Positions 30,581 to 37,518 of a DNA stretch of 64,000 nt are shown here, in pieces. Source of the stretch: Prevotella sp. (GTDB taxonomy: Bacteria; Bacteroidota; Bacteroidia; Bacteroidales; Bacteroidaceae). The translations under genes were made by a program, and so were the position numbers. Below the pieces are notes generated by a model. The model was given only the letters and a program-made list of their open reading frames with translations, had not been told where the DNA came from and did not search any database. Each line of letters opens with the position of its first letter. Positions within the stretch are counted from its first letter, which is position 1. The stretch covers positions 30,162 through 94,161 of the forward strand of contig JAFZIL010000065.1 in NCBI GenBank assembly GCA_017554385.1, in the 5' to 3' direction.

Positions 30581-31417
30581 TTATGTTGTAATGTCTGTCA
30601 CCTCGGTCACTGCATCTGTCCATCCGTCCATGATGACGGCGGGCGAGTGGGTAGTCATAATCACTTGCACGTTCGGGTTCAGCTCCAGCACCAAGTCGAT
30701 GAGCCGCTTCTGCCACTCAATGTGTAGGCTCACCTCTGGCTCGTCCATAAAGAGCACATAGGGCTGGTCGTCCTCCACAAGCACCGTCAGCAGGATAATC
30801 AGCAACTGCTTCTCGCCGCTACTGAGCTGGTATGGCAGCAGCACCTCTCCAATCTGTGTGAAGCGTATCTCGTTCTCGGTTCGGATGATGTGCTTGCCCG
30901 TATCGGCAAACAACTCGTCGACCATGTCCTGGAAACGTTTCTTCTTCTGCGACAACTGTTGTGCAGCCTCAGCGTTGCCCTCTTGCAGCTCGGCGATGAT
31001 GCGATTGCCTATGTTCACTTGGTAATCAAGATACTTACGTTGCAGGTTGTAGAGCTGGATGTCGAGCAGTGAACCACCCCCCACACCGGCCAATGCCGAG
31101 AGTGCCTGCCGTATGAAGCCTTCGCCCTCACTGAGTGTCTGCTGGAGATTGCTGTCCAACGAACGTATCATGTCGTAACGAATCCACTTCGCATCCTCTG
31201 GCACCACATTGAGTCTGACGCCTTTTAGCATGTGAGAGGGAAACTCGCCGCCTGCGGCCAGTCCACGCACCACCTTATTTAATATAGTGCTCTTGCCCAC
31301 GCCGTTGATGCCGCTCAGGATATTCACCCGTGGGTTCAATTCCCACACAATGTGTTTCTTCCCGCTCCAAAGCGAGTCGATCTCAATTCTTGAAATATAG
31401 TCAGCAAATTTTTGCAT
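30581..31417 (-). CDS. ABC-type AAA_21/AAA_15 ATPase, AriA-like
   Basis: Walker A GINGVGKS, signature LSSGEKQ, Walker B MDEPEVSLH, H-loop TTHSP; no TM partner. Confidence 0.85.
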   Translation of the reverse strand: MQKFADYISRIEIDSLWSGKKHIVWELNPRVNILSGINGVGKSTILNKVVRGLAAGGEFPSHMLKGVRLNVVPEDAKWIRYDMIRSLDSNLQQTLSEGEGFIRQALSALAGVGGGSLLDIQLYNLQRKYLDYQVNIGNRIIAELQEGNAEAAQQLSQKKKRFQDMVDELFADTGKHIIRTENEIRFTQIGEVLLPYQLSSGEKQLLIILLTVLVEDDQPYVLFMDEPEVSLHIEWQKRLIDLVLELNPNVQVIMTTHSPAVIMDGWTDAVTEVTDITT

Positions 31418-31558
31418 TACATCGGTATTTTTCGGCAAATATAGTATTTTTTTTCCTTCAAAGCAAATATATTCCTGTTTTTATTTGCTGTTTTGAAGAA
31501 AAAGAAGTACATTTGTTCGCGCAATCTAACTATTATTCACTAAATTTAAAACAAGAAA

Positions 31559-32029
31559 ATGAAAAAGTATTTCTATCTTTGTCTCATCGCATTAGGATGC
31601 ATGTTGACTTTCAGTGCCTGTGGCAGTGACGATGACCCCACTCTTGAGGACATAGAGCGTGCTGCCGAGCAGGGTGATGCCGATATCGATGCCACATTAA
31701 AAGATAATGGCAACGAGCTCGTCATCTTCTACACGTCGAAATTAGGTTCCTACACAGCAACGGCTAAGGGCGTTTACACTTTCGACGGTTCGTCGGACGA
31801 TGCACAGTGCATTAGGGCCATCTTGACTGAGACCTATCCCAGTGCTGAGATTGCAAAAGCCGTGTTCGACCAGGAAGACGAAGAGGATAAGATTAACGGA
31901 ACCGTCAAGCTTAACGGCAAACAGGTTATCATAGATTTTACTGATGACTTCAAAGGCATGTCCAAGTACGAGATCAAGATGATTCTTGAAGAAGAAATCA
32001 AGTATCTCCAGGAAGAAATGAAACATTAA
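31559..32029 (+). CDS. Hypothetical lipoprotein
   Basis: Lipobox FSAC followed by an acidic GSDDD export signal. Confidence 0.75.
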   Translation: MKKYFYLCLIALGCMLTFSACGSDDDPTLEDIERAAEQGDADIDATLKDNGNELVIFYTSKLGSYTATAKGVYTFDGSSDDAQCIRAILTETYPSAEIAKAVFDQEDEEDKINGTVKLNGKQVIIDFTDDFKGMSKYEIKMILEEEIKYLQEEMKH

Positions 32030-32050
32030 GCCTACGGCAGACATAAATGA

Positions 32051-32086
32051 AAGAGGCGCGGGGAATCAGTTCTCCGCGCCTCTCTC
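32051..32086. terminator. Hairpin between convergent genes
   Basis: AGAGGCGCGG...CCGCGCCTCT. Confidence 0.7.
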
Positions 32087-32090
32087 GTTA

Positions 32091-32720
32091 TTATTTCCAA
32101 GGTGCCATTGTCTCGCCTGCCGCGCTGAAATCAACAAGTGTTAGGTCGAAAATCAACGTGCTATAGGCAGGTATGCCCGTCTTCGGCGTACTGCCATAGG
32201 CTAACTGATGAGGGATGTAAACACGCCAACGGTCACCACGATGCATGTGCTGGAGGGCTGTTGAGAAGCCAGCAACCGTATTCGAGGTAAGCAGTTTCAC
32301 GGTTGAGGCAGTAGCGATATTGTAGTCATTATACATAGTGGTATCGAAGATATACCCCTCGGGATAAGTGGTCGTGGGCAGGATGCGCCCTTCATAGCTC
32401 ACGCGTACCGAGTCGGTAAACTTCGGACTCTCTGTCTGCACTGCACTCTGCACGAGTATTTTGGCATAGATGTAGTCGGTAAGCAGGCCCTCAGTGGTCT
32501 GGTCGAGCGAGAAACTCTTCAGACGCAGCCAGGTACCACTACCTCTCGTTAGCGAGTCTTGCAGCGTGGCGAAGAACGTCTCGTTCCTCTCCTGCCAATT
32601 CACATACTCATCCTCTGTGGCATCCTCCTCGCTACATGAAATGAAGAGTGAAGAGTGAAGAGTGAAGAATGCTGCGCACAGCAGTATTCTCCACGTCAAG
32701 GCCTCTCTCTTCTTCCTCAT
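32091..32720 (-). CDS. FKBP-type peptidyl-prolyl isomerase lipoprotein
   Basis: Lipobox FISC; VRVSYEG, GFSTALQHM, YIPHQLAYG and IPAYSTLIFD motifs. Confidence 0.88.
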   Translation of the reverse strand: MRKKREALTWRILLCAAFFTLHSSLFISCSEEDATEDEYVNWQERNETFFATLQDSLTRGSGTWLRLKSFSLDQTTEGLLTDYIYAKILVQSAVQTESPKFTDSVRVSYEGRILPTTTYPEGYIFDTTMYNDYNIATASTVKLLTSNTVAGFSTALQHMHRGDRWRVYIPHQLAYGSTPKTGIPAYSTLIFDLTLVDFSAAGETMAPWK

Positions 32721-32772
32721 TTTATATAAAGCGGTAGCAAATTCTTCACTCTTCATTCTTCACTCTTCACTT

Positions 32773-34311
32773 TTAGAGCTTCTTCAGCAGGCTGGTGATG
32801 CTCACCTTGTCCTCGATGATGCTGTTCAGATCCTCGATCTTCACACGCTCCTGCTCCATGGTGTCGCGGAAACGCAGGGTGACGCAACCGTCCTGAAGTG
32901 TATCGTGGTCTACGGTAACGCAGTAAGGCGTACCGATAGCATCCTGACGACGATAGCGCTTACCGATGGAGTCCTTCTCGTCGTACTGGCAGGTGAAGTG
33001 GTACTTCAGGTCGTCGATAATCTCGCGGGCCTTCTCGGGCAGTCCGTCCTTCTTCACCAACGGCAGCACGGCCAGTTTGATGGGAGCGAGGGCTGCAGGC
33101 AACTTCAGTACCACGCGGGTCTCGCCGTTCTCGAGTTTCTCCTCCTCAAAAGCGTGACACATGATAGAAAGGAACATACGGTCAACACCGATACTGGTCT
33201 CAATGACAAACGGCGTGTAGCTCTCGTTCGTGGCGGGATCGAAGTACTTGATGCTCTTGCCGCTGTACTTCTCGTGCTGCGACAGGTCGAAGTTGGTACG
33301 CGAGTGGATACCCTCCACCTCCTTAAAGCCGAACGGCATGTGGAACTCGATGTCGGTGGCAGCGTTGGCATAGTGGGCCAGCTTGTCGTGGTCGTGGAAA
33401 CGGTAGTTCTCAGCACCGAAGCCCAAGTTCTGGTGCCACTTCATGCGGGTTTCCTTCCACTTGGCAAACCACTCCAGCTCGGTGCCGGGCTTCACGAAGA
33501 ACTGCATCTCCATCTGCTCGAACTCCCTCATGCGGAAGATAAACTGACGGGCAACGATCTCGTTGCGGAAAGCCTTACCAATCTGTGCAATGCCGAAGGG
33601 AATCTTCATGCGACCCGTCTTCTGCACATTCAAGTAATTAACAAAAATACCCTGTGCGGTTTCAGGACGCAGGTAGATCTTCATCGAGCCGTCGGCAGTA
33701 GAACCCATCTCGGTCGAGAACATCAGGTTGAACTGGCGCACGTCAGTCCAGTTCTTCGTGCCGCTGATGGGGCAGACAATCTCCTCGTCGAGGATAATCT
33801 GGCGCAGCTCCTCCAAATCGGGTCCTTGCATGGCAGCAGCATAGCGGGCATGCAGGGCGTCGCGCTTCTCCTTAATCTCTAAGACACGGGGCGAGGTGGC
33901 CAGATACTGCTCCTCGTTGAAAGCCTCCTTAAAGCGCTTGCGAGCCTTCTCAACTTCCTTCTGGATCTTATCGTCGTACTTGGCAATCTGGTCCTCGATG
34001 AGCACATCGGCACGATAGCGCTTCTTCGAGTCGCGGTTGTCGATGAGGGGGTCGTTGAAAGCATCTACGTGGCCTGAGGCCTTCCAGATGGTGGGGTGCA
34101 TGAAGATGGCCGAGTCGATACCCACGATGTTCTCGTGCAGCATCGTCATTGCCTTCCACCAGTACTGCTTGATATTGTTCTTTAACTCAACACCCATCTG
34201 ACCGTAGTCATAGACAGCGCCCAGACCGTCGTAAATCTCACTCGAAGGGAACACGTAACCGTATTCCTTGCAGTGACTCACGATTTTCTTAAATACATCT
34301 TCTTGTGCCAT
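32773..34311 (-). CDS. glyQS: Glycine--tRNA ligase (alpha2 type)
   Basis: YLRPETAQG, GKAFRNE, REFEQME and SIGKRYRRQD motifs. Confidence 0.95.
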   Translation of the reverse strand: MAQEDVFKKIVSHCKEYGYVFPSSEIYDGLGAVYDYGQMGVELKNNIKQYWWKAMTMLHENIVGIDSAIFMHPTIWKASGHVDAFNDPLIDNRDSKKRYRADVLIEDQIAKYDDKIQKEVEKARKRFKEAFNEEQYLATSPRVLEIKEKRDALHARYAAAMQGPDLEELRQIILDEEIVCPISGTKNWTDVRQFNLMFSTEMGSTADGSMKIYLRPETAQGIFVNYLNVQKTGRMKIPFGIAQIGKAFRNEIVARQFIFRMREFEQMEMQFFVKPGTELEWFAKWKETRMKWHQNLGFGAENYRFHDHDKLAHYANAATDIEFHMPFGFKEVEGIHSRTNFDLSQHEKYSGKSIKYFDPATNESYTPFVIETSIGVDRMFLSIMCHAFEEEKLENGETRVVLKLPAALAPIKLAVLPLVKKDGLPEKAREIIDDLKYHFTCQYDEKDSIGKRYRRQDAIGTPYCVTVDHDTLQDGCVTLRFRDTMEQERVKIEDLNSIIEDKVSITSLLKKL

Positions 34312-34445
34312 TGATTTATTTACGATTTACAATTTACAATTTACAATTTATTGGGCCATTGGGCCATTGCAACTTTGAAATGCGGCTGCAAAGGTACGTA
34401 ATTAATACGAATTACGAATGGCGTATTACGAATTATTCACATACA

Positions 34446-36437
34446 TTAAAAGATGACAATGCCGCCATTGGGCTGCAGTGTAATTTTCGCATTGCCCCTC
34501 TTGTCGAGCTTCAGCGGGAGAGTCTGCACGCCTGTTACGCGTCCCTTCTTGTCGGCCTGGTCGACCAACTGGTTTGTGAGGTTGAAGGAAGCAAGGTTGA
34601 GGGTCAGCGTCAGCGGCTCCTTCAGGGCGTTCAGTCCTGCCACGTACCACTGCTTCCCGTCGTTGCGAGCGAGTATGACATACTTGCCGGGATAGCCGTC
34701 GAGGAAACGGGTCTCAGTCCATGTGGTAGGGATGCGCTTGAGGAAGTCAAGTTCTACCTGTGGCAACTCGTCGAGATTGTTGGGCTGTATGGCGATGCAC
34801 TGCACGGCGCTCTGGTTGGTGAAGGCCGAGGCAATCTCGAACACGTCGGTAGTCTTACGGGTGTGACGGCTCTTGTTGTCTTTCGAGAGATATTTGTTCA
34901 TAATGACGCCGCCCCAGTCCATCGTGCCTACGGCATTGCGGCAGAAGGGGTGCAGCGTCAGCTCGAAAGGTTCCTGTATGGCAGCATGCTCACCGAAGAA
35001 AACGTTCTCCGAGGCGAGCACAGCCTCCGAGGCCACATAGTTGGGATACATGCGCTCCCATCCGCGCGGGATGGTGCAGCCGTGGAAGATGCACTTGATG
35101 CCGTAGAGATTGGCGTCGTAGAGAATGTCCTCGTAGAGCTTCATCGTCTCCTGCTTGTCGCCTGCGAAGAAGTCTACCTTGATGCCCTTCACGCCTATCG
35201 ACTTCAGCCACGCCATCTCCTGGTCGCGGGCGATGTTCGTGTCCATACGGTTACGCGGTGTCTGCGGGGCATCGTTCCAGTGACCGTTCGAATTGTACCA
35301 CAGCATCAACGACACGCCCTTCGACTGTGCATACTTCGATAGCTCGGCGATGCGCTCGCGTCCTATGTTCTGGTCCCACCAGTTATCCACGAGGCAGAAC
35401 TCGTAGCCCATAGCAGCAGCCAAGTCGATGAACTTCACCTGGTCATCATAGTTGATGGAGTTGTCTTGCCAGATGAGCCATGACCACGTATAGCGACCAC
35501 CCTGATATTTCTCACTCGGTTCGTAGAGCGGCTCCACCAAGTCGTAGGCAATGGTGGTCTCAACAATGGGCTTCAGCGTCTCGCCGATGGTAATCGTACG
35601 CCACGGTGTTACACCGGGCAGTGCTATCGAGGCATAGGGCGAACCAAAGCCGTTGTTCTCGCCTGCCTGAGGATAGGCCACCCTATAGCCACCCTCAGCC
35701 GAATAATCACTCAGGTGCGAACCACAATACTGGCTGCTGACGCCCGTCTCGCTGATGAGCACCCATCCTCCCGTCTTTTCCTGTTTTGCCGAAGGTTGCG
35801 ACTCTGTCGCAATAAACGGAACCTTAAACAGGCACGGGAACGTGTAGCCCTGTCCGTAACGCGACCGCTCTGTCATTGGCGCGTCGGCCTTGTATTCCTC
35901 CTCGTAGCTGGGCTTTGTGCGCTCCCAGCCTTTCATCGGGTCTATCTGGGGAGTGAGGAAGGTGGTGGTACCATCGGGCAGCCTGAACGACGTAACCTCC
36001 TCGGTGATGATAGCAGTTTTGGGGTTGTCTTCCTTCTGACGGGGTATCACGTAGCGGAAAGCCACGTTTTTGTTGTTCACCGAAAAGACCATCGACGTCT
36101 TCTGCTGCTGGGCATTCTCGAAGTCCAACGTCAGCTGCTTAGCCACGTAGAAATGATGAAATTGCTTCGTCTGCCACATGTCGTAGCCTTTGCTTACGGT
36201 CTCAACGCTTTCATTCGTGATGCGCAGGCCTTGTGTGAAGTCACCTATGTCGCCCTTAAAACCGAGCTGTGACGGCAATACCACCGTCTGTCCGTTAAGT
36301 GCAACGCTATATGTAGCGCGTCCGCCCTCATCATTAATAGTTACTACAAGCTTACCGTTAGGCGAGCTGACCACGCTCTCACGAGCCACCACCAACAATG
36401 GCAGTAGCGCAAGGATAGAAAGGATGATTCTTCTCAT
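34446..36437 (-). CDS. Glycoside hydrolase family 97
   Basis: Start MRRIILS; SYEEEY, TPWR, GIKVDFF, FHGC and GYPG motifs. Confidence 0.88.
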   Translation of the reverse strand: MRRIILSILALLPLLVVARESVVSSPNGKLVVTINDEGGRATYSVALNGQTVVLPSQLGFKGDIGDFTQGLRITNESVETVSKGYDMWQTKQFHHFYVAKQLTLDFENAQQQKTSMVFSVNNKNVAFRYVIPRQKEDNPKTAIITEEVTSFRLPDGTTTFLTPQIDPMKGWERTKPSYEEEYKADAPMTERSRYGQGYTFPCLFKVPFIATESQPSAKQEKTGGWVLISETGVSSQYCGSHLSDYSAEGGYRVAYPQAGENNGFGSPYASIALPGVTPWRTITIGETLKPIVETTIAYDLVEPLYEPSEKYQGGRYTWSWLIWQDNSINYDDQVKFIDLAAAMGYEFCLVDNWWDQNIGRERIAELSKYAQSKGVSLMLWYNSNGHWNDAPQTPRNRMDTNIARDQEMAWLKSIGVKGIKVDFFAGDKQETMKLYEDILYDANLYGIKCIFHGCTIPRGWERMYPNYVASEAVLASENVFFGEHAAIQEPFELTLHPFCRNAVGTMDWGGVIMNKYLSKDNKSRHTRKTTDVFEIASAFTNQSAVQCIAIQPNNLDELPQVELDFLKRIPTTWTETRFLDGYPGKYVILARNDGKQWYVAGLNALKEPLTLTLNLASFNLTNQLVDQADKKGRVTGVQTLPLKLDKRGNAKITLQPNGGIVIF

Positions 36438-36462
36438 AATTGTCTTTTCTCTGATTTTGAGC

Positions 36463-36559
36463 GCAAAGTTACGAAAAGTCGAGAGTAAAACAAAGAAACT
36501 CGTTTCTTTTTTTGCCGAGACAGAGTAATTTCGCCGATTTATCGGCAAAGTTACGAAAA
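36463..36559. repeat. ~80-bp palindromic element flanked by a 15-bp direct repeat containing the -7 promoter motif
   Basis: GCAAAGTTACGAAAA at 36463 and 36545 (TAACTTTG on the - strand). Confidence 0.7.
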
Positions 36560-36965
36560 AAGCTTGTAAAGAACAACGGATTATGGAGAAGAAACGCAAT
36601 TCGTCCTAAAATAAAGGTAAAACGGGGAAGCTCCGCGTAGCGCCTAAGCACCTATAAAAAGAAAAGAATGTGCGAAGAACGATGAAGGTCAAAAATGAGG
36701 ATTACGCAAATTAAGGAGGATTGGTGAAGGAGTTAGGTTTCTTATTCGTAACCCAAATACAGGTCTCAGAAGAGAGTTGAAACTCAATAATTGACTACGC
36801 AAATCAGAGCAAAACACAGCACCTCTTACCGCCCGTTGGTACCCTCCCCGAGATACTCAATCTCGTGGTTCCTCCCTTATTCCGCAAACTGCTACATTTT
36901 GCATAGCGATGGATAACCCAAAAGACAGTAGTTTTGCAGCCCAAAATTAGAAAGGAGTAAGAAAC

Positions 36966-37007
36966 ATGAGAAGTACATTCAAAATTTTGTTCTACGTGAA
37001 CAATTAG
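36966..37007 (+). pseudogene. Stub of a Bacteroidetes tyrosine integrase (first 13 codons)
   Basis: TAGTTTTG promoter and AAAGGAG precede MRSTFKILFYVNN*, the characteristic N-terminus of CTn/MTn integrases. Confidence 0.7.
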
Positions 37008-37442
37008 AGCCCCTTAATAAGGGGCGGCTATAATGCAGGGTTCTTTGATGGGTTGCATGACGTTAGTGTTAATTAGTTTTCACTGATTTATTGGTTTCTA
37101 CTTACTAGGCAGGCCTCAATCCAGTCTAAGTAGCGTTTACAATTGTCAAAAATCTCAATAAAGCGTATGAGATATAACAAAACTCCCTGAAGAACTTCAT
37201 CACATTCTTGACGAAGTAACACATTCCGGTCTTGTGTTTTTACAAGCCTACTGTCCGCTGAGCTTGCTCAACCTTTGTGTGCGGCAACTCCCATTGCGGC
37301 ATTGGGGACATAAAGGGGTAGTAGGCTACCCCTATTGTGGCATCAGCCCGCATGGGTGGGATTAGGCTACCCCCTGTTGCGGTATCTGCTCGCAAAGGCT
37401 GTATTGAAGAATTCCACAATTACAACTATGATTTGGGCTATT

Positions 37443-37510
37443 GTTGACCAACATAAATGTTGATGGTCTACTCTTTCGTTAGGGTAGACCATCAAATATT
37501 GATGTTGGAC
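37443..37510 (-). terminator. Long hairpin after the LRR gene
   Basis: CCAACAT..TTGATGGTCTAC...GTAGACCATCAA..ATGTTGG. Confidence 0.6.
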
Positions 37511-37518
37511 TTAACTCA

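Noticed and set aside
31070-31140. Possible degenerate palindromic insertion in the ATPase (TLSEGEG...GVGGG), similar case in HTCS ~18290-18345
   Set aside because: Suggestive but too degenerate to support without an orthologue alignment
32662-33882. Long antisense ORFs (also 7925-9055, 6339-7199, 14575-15396, 26070-26855, 57202-57969)
   Set aside because: Shadow frames opposite well-supported genes with biased codon usage; no recognisable motifs
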